From an uncultured bacterium (GTDB lineage: Bacteria > Muiribacteriota > CAYSPT01), in assembly GCA_964593455.1 (NCBI GenBank), contig CAZQHK010000006.1, positions 49,225 to 113,224 on the forward strand: DNA of 64,000 nucleotides, written 5' to 3'. A model generated the notes under the pieces. It searched no databases, was not told where the DNA came from, and saw nothing but the letters and a program-made list of their open reading frames with translations. The translations under genes and the position numbers were made by a program. Every line of letters begins with the position of its first letter. The stretch's first letter is position 1. This document shows positions 49,862 through 60,557 of this stretch, piece after piece.

Positions 49862-51523
49862 GTGATGAATAGTCCCGCGCGATGGGGTCGACCCGGCCAT
49901 CTGGCTCTGCTGGTAACAGTAGTGGTGTTTGCTGTTTACCTGGGAACGTTGGCCGATGGTGTAACGTGGGCCAATTATGGCGGAGACAGTGGAGAGCTCA
50001 TCGCAGTATCCTACAGCCTGGGGATCGCTCATCCTACCGGTTATCCCCTATACACCTTGCTGGGCCGCGTGTTTACGTTTATTCCCCTGGGAAGTGTTGG
50101 GTTCAGGGTAACTCTCATGTCAGCCCTGGCGGCGGCGAGTGCCTGTGGCATCCTGTTGCTGGTCCTGCATCATATGACCCGGAGCTACCTCGCTTCTCTC
50201 CTGGGCGCGATGGCGCTGGGACTCTCAAAAACTCTTTGGGGACAGGCAAGTATTGCGGAAGTATATGCGCTTCATCTTTTTTTCATGGTGCTGTTGCTGG
50301 CGGCGCTTTTCCTGGAAAATAAAGATAAATCGGGCTATACCGGAGTGCCGTTTGGCCGCAGGTTATGCCTGATCGCGCTGTTGCTGGGATTTGGTTTTGC
50401 CAACCACATGATGACGGTGCTGATCGTACCGGCGGTGGCCGTATGGTTCGGAAGCAGGTTTCTGGAAAGCGGTAACGGGAAAAGTGAAAGAATGGAAGCG
50501 CTACAAACCCGGCTCCTTGTACGAACCCTGTTAATGGCCGTTTTTTTCTTTAGCCTGGGAATAATGCTCTATCTCTACCTCCCACTGCGGAGTTCCATCC
50601 GGCCGGCGGTTGAACTTGGACCGGTGCGGACACTGGCGAATCTTTGGGGACATGTCACGGGAAAGCAGTTTCAGGGATGGATGTTTTCCCGCTCCACTCC
50701 GGAAGTGACGTACTATTTGAGAGAATACCGGGTTATCGATCAATTCTCTCTCCTGGGAGGATTGCTGGGGACCATCGGTGCCTGGGAGATGGCTAAATGC
50801 AGCCCTTTTTATTTTTTTCCGCTCCTGTGTTTCTTCCTGGCGGATCTGGTGTATGCGGTCAACTACAATATTCCCGATATAGCACCCTACTTCATCCCGT
50901 CGTACCTGGTTTTCGCTATCTGGATGGCCTGGGGACTGCGGCTTTTATTGACCTATCGTTGGCCGGACTGGGAGTCGAGCCGTTGGCGGAAAACGGGAAG
51001 CGCTCTCTCGGCCGTGGTAGCCGTACTTTTTTCGGTGTGGCTTCCGTACTATTCCTATTGCCGGTTCGTAACGTTAGTTCGTGAAGCCCGTCAACCCGCG
51101 GCCAGGATGTATGCCCGAAAAGTGTTTGATCGTGTCCCCGAGCGGTCAGTGGTTCTCAGTATCGGCACCGGGGAGACTTTTTCCCTCTGGCACCGTCAGG
51201 CTTGCGTTCCATGGGCGGCTGAAAAGGAAATAAAAGTGGTTCTCCGGACATACCTGGCGTTCCCCTGGTACATAGATAAGCTGTCGGAAGAAAATCCCGA
51301 TCTCGATTTCTCCCCGGTGCACACGCTGGCGCACTCATATCTCGGGCATTGGAACGACATTGATTTCCTCGAGTACCGGCGTCGCTTGAACGACCTGACC
51401 CTGGCGCTGATCCGGACCAATTTCAGCCGGTGCACGTTGTACCTGACCAACAAGAAGTTATTTGATTCTGAAGAATATTTTCTGGCGCAGGCCGGTCCGG
51501 TGTTCCGGGTCCTAAAAAAATAA
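49862..51523 (+). CDS. DUF2723/TMEM260-like membrane glycosyltransferase
   Basis: GDSGEL...LGIAHPTGYPLY, AEVYALH, ANH and YLYLPLR; multiple TMs. Confidence 0.82.
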   Translation: MMNSPARWGRPGHLALLVTVVVFAVYLGTLADGVTWANYGGDSGELIAVSYSLGIAHPTGYPLYTLLGRVFTFIPLGSVGFRVTLMSALAAASACGILLLVLHHMTRSYLASLLGAMALGLSKTLWGQASIAEVYALHLFFMVLLLAALFLENKDKSGYTGVPFGRRLCLIALLLGFGFANHMMTVLIVPAVAVWFGSRFLESGNGKSERMEALQTRLLVRTLLMAVFFFSLGIMLYLYLPLRSSIRPAVELGPVRTLANLWGHVTGKQFQGWMFSRSTPEVTYYLREYRVIDQFSLLGGLLGTIGAWEMAKCSPFYFFPLLCFFLADLVYAVNYNIPDIAPYFIPSYLVFAIWMAWGLRLLLTYRWPDWESSRWRKTGSALSAVVAVLFSVWLPYYSYCRFVTLVREARQPAARMYARKVFDRVPERSVVLSIGTGETFSLWHRQACVPWAAEKEIKVVLRTYLAFPWYIDKLSEENPDLDFSPVHTLAHSYLGHWNDIDFLEYRRRLNDLTLALIRTNFSRCTLYLTNKKLFDSEEYFLAQAGPVFRVLKK

Positions 51524-51756
51524 CAGCGGTCTTTGCAACGAGTTCCTTTGAGTCTATATATATAAGAAAATAATAAAAGTATTTCACCTTTCACCTGTAT
51601 AAGCTTTCATTTCCCTTTGTTTTCAGCACTTTCTTGAGTTGTACAGATAACTTTTTGACATGTTTTCGATAATTTTTTCCTGTTGACTCTACAGTCCCCC
51701 CTCCTTGTGGCCGATAAGCCATTAGAGTGAATTCTCCAAGGGAGGCGTTATATTCT

Positions 51757-53067
51757 ATGAGTACAAGACGACGGGTTATTAATCTGACAGTTATTCTGGC
51801 CATCATTCTGGTGGCTACGTACGTGATCGGGTGCAAGGGGTCGGCCGGGATACGCAACGGGGCTATCAGGGGCAGGTGCCTTCAGATCAGTGGTCAGCCC
51901 ATCCCGCAGGGCGTCAAGGTCAGGGCCGAGGGCGTCAACGATCCTGTTTCCCGGTATAGTCTTACCGACACCGGCGGCGAGTTCTACATTCCGGATGTGC
52001 CCGTGAACACCTACGAAATGTATTTCATCGTGGACGGGTACCAGTTGGCTATGGACGAGATCGGGGGCGGGACTATCGGTACCGCCGTCACCGGTGTCCA
52101 GTACTGGGTCCCTTCAGGCTTGAAAGCCTTCGTGGAAAGCGGGCGCACCTATGAGCTGCCCAATGCCTACTTCAAGAAAATTCCGATGTTCCAGGCCATC
52201 ACCGTGTGGGGCTATGTCAAGAACTATTATACCAACGGCTCCATCGTGGGCGCGGCGGTTACGATCGGTAACGGCAGTGCTGTCAGCGGCACCGATGGCC
52301 GGTACGAAGTGGCCGGCATCTACGCCGGCCTCAGAAAAGTCACCTGCACCATGTACGGGTACAACGATTACAAGGGTAGTGAGGGTACGGACGTGCTCAT
52401 CAACGTAGGGGATGCCGGCGACAACATGATGCAGTACGATGTCAGGTTAAGACCTGAACCCGCTACTATCCGGGGGAGTATCCTGGAGAAAACGTATCAG
52501 GGTATCCTTACCGCCAGTAAAGAAGAAGAGATGGGCTGGGATTTGATTCAGCTTACGGTTCGTGATGTACCGATCCTGAAGATCAACGGTGTCGTAAACG
52601 GTAAAATTGATGGTCCCCAGTACACTTTGGAGATTCCATCCGGGCATTCGAATTACGTGATAACCGCTACTCATCCGTACTGTGTCGTCAACCCGGGTGA
52701 TCTTTCAAACACGATTACCGTTAGCGCTACCGGGGGGCTTCAAGCCGGACAGGAAGCTACGGCCGATCCGTTGTATTTGACCTGGAAAGAGGCTACCGGA
52801 GTTGATATTAAAGTGGTTACACCGGGCGAAAACCAGTCTGCCGGCGACAAATCTCTGGTCATGATCGACTTCGCCAATCCGAGTTCCGATGAGGTTACGT
52901 GGTCGGGCACCACTGAGACATCCGATCCGGTTGAATTCACCGCCATACCTATCGGTATCCGGAAGTTCAGCACAGCCTCGTCCGGACTTAGTAGCGTAAC
53001 CGATATCCAGGACGAGAAAATCCGGGTAACGGAGCAAACCAGGGCGATTACCTTGCCGCTTGACTGA
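51757..53067 (+). CDS. Lipoprotein with carboxypeptidase-regulatory-like (transthyretin-like) beta-sandwich repeats
   Basis: VIG-C lipobox; TDTGGEFYI and GTDGRYEVAGI units; GGAGG RBS. Confidence 0.7.
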   Translation: MSTRRRVINLTVILAIILVATYVIGCKGSAGIRNGAIRGRCLQISGQPIPQGVKVRAEGVNDPVSRYSLTDTGGEFYIPDVPVNTYEMYFIVDGYQLAMDEIGGGTIGTAVTGVQYWVPSGLKAFVESGRTYELPNAYFKKIPMFQAITVWGYVKNYYTNGSIVGAAVTIGNGSAVSGTDGRYEVAGIYAGLRKVTCTMYGYNDYKGSEGTDVLINVGDAGDNMMQYDVRLRPEPATIRGSILEKTYQGILTASKEEEMGWDLIQLTVRDVPILKINGVVNGKIDGPQYTLEIPSGHSNYVITATHPYCVVNPGDLSNTITVSATGGLQAGQEATADPLYLTWKEATGVDIKVVTPGENQSAGDKSLVMIDFANPSSDEVTWSGTTETSDPVEFTAIPIGIRKFSTASSGLSSVTDIQDEKIRVTEQTRAITLPLD

Positions 53068-53091
53068 GGTTTAAGGGAGGCCGGATCCCGA

Positions 53092-53418
53092 TCACTCGTC
53101 CAGCAGCGGGGAAACCTGCAGGACGTTGAGCAAACCGGTCATCCGGAAGATATTGAGAATATCGGGCGGAGCGTTCACTATTTCGAACCTCCGCCCTTTC
53201 CGTTCCGACCGCTTGTAAGCCCGCATGATAAGAGAAAGCCCGGAACTGGTAAGCATGTTTACTTCCTTGAGGTCAAAGATAACATGTTCAGGCGGGTTGA
53301 TAGTTAGCAGATCGACCCGGTCTTGAATCGTCATCAGGTGGTCGATCTTCACACCGATGTCCCCGATAAGACGAATACGAACCGTGTCTCCCTCTTTCTC
53401 CCACTTCACCTCTGACAT
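53092..53418 (-). CDS. STAS-domain anti-sigma-factor antagonist
   Basis: VIFDLKEVNMLTSSGLSLI and IFRMTGL; AGGAGG RBS before ATG 53418. Confidence 0.85.
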   Translation of the reverse strand: MSEVKWEKEGDTVRIRLIGDIGVKIDHLMTIQDRVDLLTINPPEHVIFDLKEVNMLTSSGLSLIMRAYKRSERKGRRFEIVNAPPDILNIFRMTGLLNVLQVSPLLDE

Positions 53419-53559
53419 CACACAATCCTCCTGTACTCCTACATTATAGCCACAACGTCCGAATAATTCAACTATCTTTCTTTCATTATTTTTCTTGCTT
53501 ATTGGAGAGCATAAGATGGTCGCAAGTGTACCAGGCGGTGTCCGAGTTTGATTATCTCG

Positions 53560-53589
53560 TTGCATTCATGGAAAGCCTTGGTATATAAT
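53560..53589 (+). promoter_or_regulatory. sigma70 promoter upstream of accD
   Basis: TTGCAT-18 nt-TATAAT. Confidence 0.5.
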
Positions 53590-53627
53590 TTTAAAAAAAC
53601 ACTTGACAGTTTTAGGGAGGTGCCTCT

Positions 53628-54449
53628 TTGGGTTGGTTTAGTAAGAGGTTGTTGGGTAAAAAAGGCAAAACAGGGCTCTGGCAGAAATGTGATGGATGCG
53701 ATGTTCCCATTTTCCGCAAAGATCTTGAAAGTAACCTTAATGTCTGTCCAACCTGCGGACATCACTTTAAAATGAACGCCCGTGAGCGGATCGATCTGCT
53801 GGTGGACCGTAAAAGTTTTACCGAGATCGATGAGTCTGTCATGTCGTGTGACCCGCTTAATTTTTTCGATAAAAAACCGTATCCTGAACGGCTTAATGCC
53901 AGCATCGAAAAAACCGGATGTAATTCTGCCGTCCTCACCGGAATGGCCAGGATTGATAAGATGCCGGTGGCCATCGGGGCTTTGAATTTCGCCTTCATGG
54001 GAGGAAGCATGGGCAGCGTTGTGGGAGAGAAGGTGACCCGGCTCATCGAACGCGCCGCGGCGGATAAAATTCCGCTTATCATCACCTCCATGTCGGGTGG
54101 TGCCCGTATGCAAGAAGGAATATTGTCGCTTATGCAGATGGCTAAAACCTCGGCGGCGCTCGGCCGGTTGAGGGAAGTGCCGGCGCCGTACCTGTCTATT
54201 ATGGCCCACCCCACAACTGCCGGGGTGGCAGCCAGTTTTGCCATGCTCGGTGATGTCAATATAGCGGAACCAAAAGCTCTGGTTGGGTTTGCCGGCCCCA
54301 GGGTCATCGAGCAGACGATCAGGCAAACTCTGCCGCCCGGATTTCAGAAAAGCGAGTTTGTACTGGAGCATGGTTTTTTGGATATCGTCGTCGATCGCCG
54401 TCAACTCAGGGACACGGTGATCAAGGTGCTTAGATTTTTCGTCGAATAG
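53628..54449 (+). CDS. accD: Acetyl-CoA carboxylase carboxyltransferase beta subunit
   Basis: Zn finger CDGC...CPTC, FMGGSMG, GGARMQEG, PTTAGV.ASF and GFAGPRVI. Confidence 0.95.
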   Translation: MGWFSKRLLGKKGKTGLWQKCDGCDVPIFRKDLESNLNVCPTCGHHFKMNARERIDLLVDRKSFTEIDESVMSCDPLNFFDKKPYPERLNASIEKTGCNSAVLTGMARIDKMPVAIGALNFAFMGGSMGSVVGEKVTRLIERAAADKIPLIITSMSGGARMQEGILSLMQMAKTSAALGRLREVPAPYLSIMAHPTTAGVAASFAMLGDVNIAEPKALVGFAGPRVIEQTIRQTLPPGFQKSEFVLEHGFLDIVVDRRQLRDTVIKVLRFFVE

Positions 54450-54508
54450 GGACCAGCGCGCAGCGCCGTGCCCGTTGAAAAACAAATGCGCGTTGAGGAG
54501 AATAAACC

Positions 54509-55450
54509 ATGGAAAACACCGGTTCTTTTATCGAGAGCATCGATGGTATTGAATCCCAGATAGAAAAGTACAAACTTCTAGCCAGAGATCAGGGAATGGA
54601 TGTCTCCGAGGTGATAGAAGCCCTGGAGCGGCAACGGGATAGGATGTTCAAGAATATCGATCCGTGGGACAGGGTAAAACTGGCCCGCCATCCCGATCGT
54701 CCTCTGGCCCTGGATTATATAAAAGCTCTCTTCGAGGATTTTATACCGCTTCACGGGGATAGACTCTTCGCTGACGACAAGGCTCTCATGGGGGGCCTTG
54801 CTCGTTTTCATGGGCAGTCCTGCATGGTTATCGGGCAACAGAAAGGTAGAGACACCTCCGACAGAATCTACCGTAATTTCGGTATGTGCCGTCCGGAGGG
54901 ATACCGGAAAGCTATTAGGCTTATGCGAATGGCTGCCAGATTCAATAAACCCATCATTGTATTTATTGATACCCAGGGCGCCTATCCCGGCATCGGCGCT
55001 GAAGAGCGGGGCCAGGCAGAAGCCATTGCCAAAAACCTGGAAGTGATGTCACAATTGTCGACTCCCATCATCGTGACAGTCGTTGGTGAAGGCGGATCTG
55101 GAGGAGCGTTGGGAATTGGTGTCGGCGACCGCGTGCTCATGCTGGAAAACGCCATATACTCGGTGATATCTCCCGAGGGATGCGCCGCCATATTATGGCG
55201 TGATGCAGCCATGGCGCCGAAAGCAGCCAGGGCATTGCGGATGACTGCCGGTGATCTTTTACCCCTGGGTATTATCGATGACATTATCAGAGAACCTTCC
55301 GGAGGCGCTCACCGTTCGCCGGAAAAGCAGTTTGCGCTGGTAGGGGAAGCCTTACAGAAATATCTCAATGAGCTCAATAAAATGGATTCCGCCAGCCTGA
55401 TTAGCAGCCGTTACGATAAATTCCGGAAAATGGGCCGGTTTTTAGGGTGA
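54509..55450 (+). CDS. accA: Acetyl-CoA carboxylase carboxyltransferase alpha subunit
   Basis: ARHPDRP, LHGDR, PEGYRKA, AEERGQ, GEGGSGGAL and YSVISPEG. Confidence 0.95.
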   Translation: MENTGSFIESIDGIESQIEKYKLLARDQGMDVSEVIEALERQRDRMFKNIDPWDRVKLARHPDRPLALDYIKALFEDFIPLHGDRLFADDKALMGGLARFHGQSCMVIGQQKGRDTSDRIYRNFGMCRPEGYRKAIRLMRMAARFNKPIIVFIDTQGAYPGIGAEERGQAEAIAKNLEVMSQLSTPIIVTVVGEGGSGGALGIGVGDRVLMLENAIYSVISPEGCAAILWRDAAMAPKAARALRMTAGDLLPLGIIDDIIREPSGGAHRSPEKQFALVGEALQKYLNELNKMDSASLISSRYDKFRKMGRFLG

Positions 55451-55499
55451 AGTCTTCCGGGTATAAGTCCGAAGACCGGCGGAATTTATGATCTGACCG

Positions 55500-56621
55500 G
55501 TGAAAGGTGCGTTGCCGTTGAAGGATGACCTCCGAAATCTGCAAGATGCGGAGGAATTGCTCAACCGAGGGCGTCTTCGTGGTTTTCTTTATGACGACGA
55601 GCTATCCTGGTGGTTGAGTCAACAGTTTGGTGAAGCCAGCGAAGCCTCTCTCTCTGTCATGCGCGAGCATGTTATGGAGCAGGGTATTCAGTTGATCAGC
55701 CGGAAGGATGTCATCGGCGAACCGGGTAAGAAAACCAGGCGTCGCTCTTCGAAAACGGCAAATCCGGCAGGCTCGGCCGCCGATGAACACTTGAGCTTGG
55801 AAGACACAGTGAAACTCTATCTGGATGAACTCCGGAAAGTCTCACTGCTGACAGAAGTCCAGGAGGTCGATCTGGCCAAACGGATTGAGGCCGGAGACCA
55901 GGACGCGAAGAAGCACTTGATCGAAGCCAATCTCCGGCTGGTGGTCAATATAGCCAAGAAGTACGCTCACACGGGGTTGTTGTTTCTCGACCTCGTGCAG
56001 GAGGGGAACATAGGGCTCATGAAGTCCGTTGATAAATTCGAGTACAAGCTCGGTTATAAGTTTTCGACCTACGCCACCTGGTGGATCAAGCAAGCTATAA
56101 CCAGGGCGATAGCGGAACAGTCGCGGACAATACGGGTACCGGTCCATATAGTGGAAGAGGTCTACAAGTACAAGAAGACGCTTCGAAACCTCCAGGCGAC
56201 TCTCGGGCGGGAACCTACTTTTGATGAGATACGTGAGCAGATAGGAGTTTCCGCCTCGAAACTAAAAGAACTAATGGAAATCACTAAGGAACCGGTATCT
56301 CTCGATATGAATGTTGGCGGCGACGATTCTTTCCTTTCAAATTTTGTGGAAGATTCTTCTGTGCTTTCTCCCGAAGAAGGTGTGTTTACCAAGTTTCTGA
56401 AGCAGCAGATAGAGCACGTGCTGTCTGATCTTACCGAAAAGGAAAAACAAGTTATTCATTTACGATTCGGTTTAAACGACGGAGTCCCGAGATCTCTGGA
56501 GGATATCGGGAAGATATTTAATGTTACCAGAGAGAGAATCCGTCAGATTGAAGATAAAGCTTTACAAAAGCTGCGGCATAAAAGAAGAAGCGACCGACTT
56601 TCAGACTACTTCTATGAGTGA
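55500..56621 (+). CDS. RpoD-like sigma70 factor
   Basis: Region 1.2 [49 protein letters not shown] and [10 protein letters not shown]. Confidence 0.9.
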   Translation: MKGALPLKDDLRNLQDAEELLNRGRLRGFLYDDELSWWLSQQFGEASEASLSVMREHVMEQGIQLISRKDVIGEPGKKTRRRSSKTANPAGSAADEHLSLEDTVKLYLDELRKVSLLTEVQEVDLAKRIEAGDQDAKKHLIEANLRLVVNIAKKYAHTGLLFLDLVQEGNIGLMKSVDKFEYKLGYKFSTYATWWIKQAITRAIAEQSRTIRVPVHIVEEVYKYKKTLRNLQATLGREPTFDEIREQIGVSASKLKELMEITKEPVSLDMNVGGDDSFLSNFVEDSSVLSPEEGVFTKFLKQQIEHVLSDLTEKEKQVIHLRFGLNDGVPRSLEDIGKIFNVTRERIRQIEDKALQKLRHKRRSDRLSDYFYE

Positions 56622-56632
56622 GGTGATTAAAC

Positions 56633-58468
56633 CTGGCACCCGCAAGAAAAAATATTAGCGGTACCTTTCCTGAGGAATGGGATGAACAGATAGAAATCTG
56701 TTTAAAAGGGATCGCTGTTGCTCCCGGTTACGCGGTGGGTATGACCTGTGTCTTTGACGAAGGAGGAACCAGGGATGTTCCCCGGCATTCCATAACCGAG
56801 AAGGAGATAAGTAGTGAAGTCATCCGATTCCGCCAGGCGGTTAAAGCGGCTAAAGAAGAACTGACAAATACCGCCCAGAAAGTGCGTGAACAAATCGGTT
56901 CTGAGGAAGCTGGAATATTTCAGGCGCACCTCCTGATGCTCGACGACCCGGCTTTTACCGAGGATATTCTCAACCTGATTATCGAACGCAAGCTTAACGC
57001 CGAAGCGGTGGTTATGGAGGTCACCAACCGGTTCGAAAAGATATTTTCCGGAATAGAAGATGAGTATCTTCGTGAGCGGGCGGCGGATGTGCAGGTAGTG
57101 GGCAGGCGTATTCTCGGTAAGCTGATGAAGAGTGAAGACGGCTTTAGGTGTGACGGCCACGGTGATGAAAAGATCATTGTCAGCGCCCAGACCCTCACTT
57201 CTTCGTTGACTGTTCACCTGGAACGTGACCACATTTTGGGATTTGCGGCCGAGAACAATCTTGGTCTTACCGCGCATGCGGCGATTTTAGCCAGGACTCT
57301 GGGGGTTCCGGCGGTAGTGGGGCTGCCGGAACTCAGCAGGTACGTTAACTGTGGGGACATGCTGGTGATCGACGGTTTCAAAGGCTTGATATGCATCAAT
57401 CCGTCACAACGGTTCCTGGAACTCTACCGGGCCCGCGAGCGGGCGTTCCAACGCCTGCAGGTCCGTATGAAAGAATACATTGCCAAACCGGCGGTTACGA
57501 AAGACGGCTGCCGTATTTATATGGGAGCCAATGTAGGACGTTTAGCCGACCTGGAACTTGCTGATCAATACGAGGCGGAGGAAATAGGTCTCTACCGCAC
57601 CGAGTTTCCCTTCATGAAACGAGACGAGTTCCCGTCGGAGGACCTCCAGTTTTCCCTGTACAAAACCGTGGCCGAAAGCTATCCTTCAGGTGTAAACTTG
57701 AGACTTCTCGATATTGGTGGAGACAAATTCTTAAGCTATTTCCCGCTTCCCCGTGAAGAAAATCCCTATCTGTCCTGGCGCGGATTGCGCCTGTTACTTG
57801 AAGCCCGTGGTGTCCTCAAGACACAATTGAGAGCGGTTCTCAGAGCCAGTGTCTTCGGCCGGATCAACATTCTTTATCCAATGGTGACCAGTGTCGAAGA
57901 GGTCAGACGGGCAAAACGGGTGCTTGAAGAAGTGAAAAATGAGCTTAAAAGCGAAGGAATTCCATTCAATGAAAACATCAAACAAGGCGCTATGATCGAA
58001 GTTCCGGCGGCAGTTCAACTGGCCAAATTCCTGGCCCGCGAGCTGGATTTCTTCTCGGTGGGAACTAATGACCTTGTCCAATACACTCTGGCTGTTGATC
58101 GCAATAATCAGCGAATGGCCCGTTTCTATGATCCTCTCCATCCCGGACATGTAAAGATGTTACACGATATAATAAAGGCTGCCAAACAGGCAAAGATCGA
58201 TATCTCCATATGCGGGGAGATGGCCGGTGATCCGCATTTTACTATGCTGTTGCTGGGGCTGGGATTTAGACAGATGAGCATGAGTTCTCCCAGTCTGGTG
58301 TTTGTCAAGGATTTGATTCGTTCTGTTACCATCGCAGATTGTGAAAAAATGGCGAGAAAGGTGCTTCGCCTGGCCACCGCTGCAGAAGTATGGCGGGTGG
58401 TCTCGGATTCGTTTTCCGTCATCCACAGTCTCACCGACGATGTAGAGGAGACTTTTTCACTGGAATAA
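56633..58468 (+). CDS. ptsI: PEP-protein phosphotransferase (PTS enzyme I, PtsP-like, no GAF); probable CTG start
   Basis: LKGIAVAPG (upstream of the track's GTG), TAHAAILAR phospho-His, GLYRTEF, DIGGDK, EENP.L..RG.R, GTNDL.QY and CGEMAGD. Confidence 0.9.
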   Translation: MAPARKNISGTFPEEWDEQIEICLKGIAVAPGYAVGMTCVFDEGGTRDVPRHSITEKEISSEVIRFRQAVKAAKEELTNTAQKVREQIGSEEAGIFQAHLLMLDDPAFTEDILNLIIERKLNAEAVVMEVTNRFEKIFSGIEDEYLRERAADVQVVGRRILGKLMKSEDGFRCDGHGDEKIIVSAQTLTSSLTVHLERDHILGFAAENNLGLTAHAAILARTLGVPAVVGLPELSRYVNCGDMLVIDGFKGLICINPSQRFLELYRARERAFQRLQVRMKEYIAKPAVTKDGCRIYMGANVGRLADLELADQYEAEEIGLYRTEFPFMKRDEFPSEDLQFSLYKTVAESYPSGVNLRLLDIGGDKFLSYFPLPREENPYLSWRGLRLLLEARGVLKTQLRAVLRASVFGRINILYPMVTSVEEVRRAKRVLEEVKNELKSEGIPFNENIKQGAMIEVPAAVQLAKFLARELDFFSVGTNDLVQYTLAVDRNNQRMARFYDPLHPGHVKMLHDIIKAAKQAKIDISICGEMAGDPHFTMLLLGLGFRQMSMSSPSLVFVKDLIRSVTIADCEKMARKVLRLATAAEVWRVVSDSFSVIHSLTDDVEETFSLE

Positions 58469-60495
58469 TGAGTGTCTCCTGTCTCTCTGGAATAGCTGTC
58501 TCGCTTGCCGGTTTGATCTTCTTTTGTTTTCCCGGTTTGATCTTTTCCCGCCGGCTCTTGGGCCGTGAATCTTCGCCGTTAGCGGTAACTGCCTTGGGAT
58601 TACCCCTGGGTTTGGCACTGGGAACAGGTCTTTCCGTCTTGTTGGCCTGGATTTCAGGAAAACCTCTCCTCTCTGCACTGGTATCTGTGGGTTTGTTGTC
58701 GATAGCGGCAGCTTTCCTTCCCGGTTTGGACGGCATAGTCATCACCCCTTATCAGGGACGGCGATGGAACTATACCGTTATCATCTCCATGGCTGCTCTC
58801 CTGGCGATTATCATAGCTCCGATCAGTCAGGTGGGAAGCCGGACCGTCCAGGGATACGCTTACGGCAATTACTTTAATGTAGATCACCTCAAGAACCTGG
58901 CTTTATCTTCATCGCTTGGAAGAACAGAGTTTCCTCCGGGCAGCCCTTTTATGGCCGGCTGCCGCCTGAGGTACTACTGGTTTTATCTCTGGTTTCCAGG
59001 TCTTCTATATAGAACCGGTTTAAATGCTTCAAGCTTCGAAACTGCTTTCATGACATATGGCTGTGTATGGTCTCTGGTGCTGGTGCTCATGTTGTTTTTA
59101 TGGTGGCGCCGATTAGGTGTGTCATCGCGATGGGGAGCAGCGGCACTCGGTATCGCTGTAGCAGCGCCCAGCCTGAATGCCGTCACTTATATCTGGCGGT
59201 TGGCTTTGCACAAAAACCTGACGCCCAGCTTGCTGTTCGCTCAAGACACCGAGTTCATCTCTCCTCTCAATTTTGCCAGGGTCCCCTTTTTTGTTGATGG
59301 GTTGTTCCGGTACGTGCTATATATCCAGCTTCATTTGTTCGGTCTCATCCTGCTGCTGACTTCGCTGTGGATACTGGTTTCGGCGACTCCGGGCAATGAA
59401 AGAAAAACTCTTTTCTTGTCGGCTGTTCCGGCGGTGGTCGGACTGTTTTTCACCGATATTGTGAGTGTTCTCGGAGTACTGATCTGGAGTGCCGGTGCCT
59501 TGTGTCTTGTTTTTCGAGTACGGAGAAGCCCCAAAATCATTTGGAATTCATTGAAGTATACAGGGCTTGGGGCCGTGTTTGTCTGTGCGGTTACCGCATG
59601 TTTATTACCCGGCACCAGAGCCGGTCTGCAGGTACTTTTTTTACTTAAGATGACCGGACACCTGATGGTGGAATACGGTCCCCTGCTGTTTCTCGGATTA
59701 ATTGGCTTGAGTGTAATTAAAAAACCTGAATTAAGTTCCATGTTTTCTACAATGGTGGTTATCTCCCTGGGAGTGCTTTTTCTGGTGGGAGAACGAGGGT
59801 ATCTCAAATTGTACCTCCCGTCGTTTATATCAGGTGCTTTAAACCGATATCCTTTTCATATTTCAGTCAAGACCTCTGTTGTTCTATTGGGCGCCCTGCT
59901 GGTTTTGGCAGGACCGGGACTGGGAAAGATAGCGGACGCCTGCAAGAGGTCCGGACGGGTCCGCCTGGGAACCGCTTTGCTGTTAGTGTTGGTTGTCCTG
60001 GCTCTTCCCGGCTCGGTTGTTGATCTCGGATATCACTGCAACACCGGCGGGATACTGAGAAACATTTACATTCATCCGGAAGAAATGAAAGCGCTTAGCT
60101 GGATACGTGGTAATGTTTCTCAAAGAACGGTTTTTCTATGTGCACCTTACCGTCCAGGAAGCCTGGAACATCCGGAGAATACGGTTTCGGTCATTCCCAG
60201 TCTTGCTTTTCGTGATGTGCTCGTAGGTGACCCTCACCATACCTTGCTGTACACCAGTGGCCAGGCAGTTGAAGAAATGTCAAGGAGAAGCCGTCTGGTT
60301 AGACGTGTTTTACAAACAACCCACCCGGTGGGGATAGAAAAACTTTTGCACGAATTGGGTGTCACGCATGTTTTTCTTGGCCCGCGGGAAACCGAGTTGT
60401 GGGAGAAACAGACCGTTGATCGTTTGCGTAAAATTCTTCCGGTTGTGTATTCATCGGATACTGTTTCAGTTCATGAAGTACCGCCGGAGCGATGA
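58468..60495 (+). CDS. Multi-pass membrane protein, possible GT-C-type glycosyltransferase
   Basis: TAATG coupling to ptsI; many TMs; FPP.SPF.AG..LRYYW loop; C-terminal soluble ALSWIR...GVTHVFLGPRE domain. Confidence 0.6.
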   Translation: MSVSCLSGIAVSLAGLIFFCFPGLIFSRRLLGRESSPLAVTALGLPLGLALGTGLSVLLAWISGKPLLSALVSVGLLSIAAAFLPGLDGIVITPYQGRRWNYTVIISMAALLAIIIAPISQVGSRTVQGYAYGNYFNVDHLKNLALSSSLGRTEFPPGSPFMAGCRLRYYWFYLWFPGLLYRTGLNASSFETAFMTYGCVWSLVLVLMLFLWWRRLGVSSRWGAAALGIAVAAPSLNAVTYIWRLALHKNLTPSLLFAQDTEFISPLNFARVPFFVDGLFRYVLYIQLHLFGLILLLTSLWILVSATPGNERKTLFLSAVPAVVGLFFTDIVSVLGVLIWSAGALCLVFRVRRSPKIIWNSLKYTGLGAVFVCAVTACLLPGTRAGLQVLFLLKMTGHLMVEYGPLLFLGLIGLSVIKKPELSSMFSTMVVISLGVLFLVGERGYLKLYLPSFISGALNRYPFHISVKTSVVLLGALLVLAGPGLGKIADACKRSGRVRLGTALLLVLVVLALPGSVVDLGYHCNTGGILRNIYIHPEEMKALSWIRGNVSQRTVFLCAPYRPGSLEHPENTVSVIPSLAFRDVLVGDPHHTLLYTSGQAVEEMSRRSRLVRRVLQTTHPVGIEKLLHELGVTHVFLGPRETELWEKQTVDRLRKILPVVYSSDTVSVHEVPPER

Positions 60496-60514
60496 ATGTT
60501 AAATAAAGGCATAC

Positions 60515-60543
60515 TTGCGTTCAACGTGGTAATCTGGTAGACT
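60515..60543 (+). promoter_or_regulatory. Promoter of tRNA-Val
   Basis: TTGCGT-17 nt-TAGACT with an extended TG, 14 nt before the tRNA. Confidence 0.6.
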
Positions 60544-60557
60544 TATCCGCACTTGAA

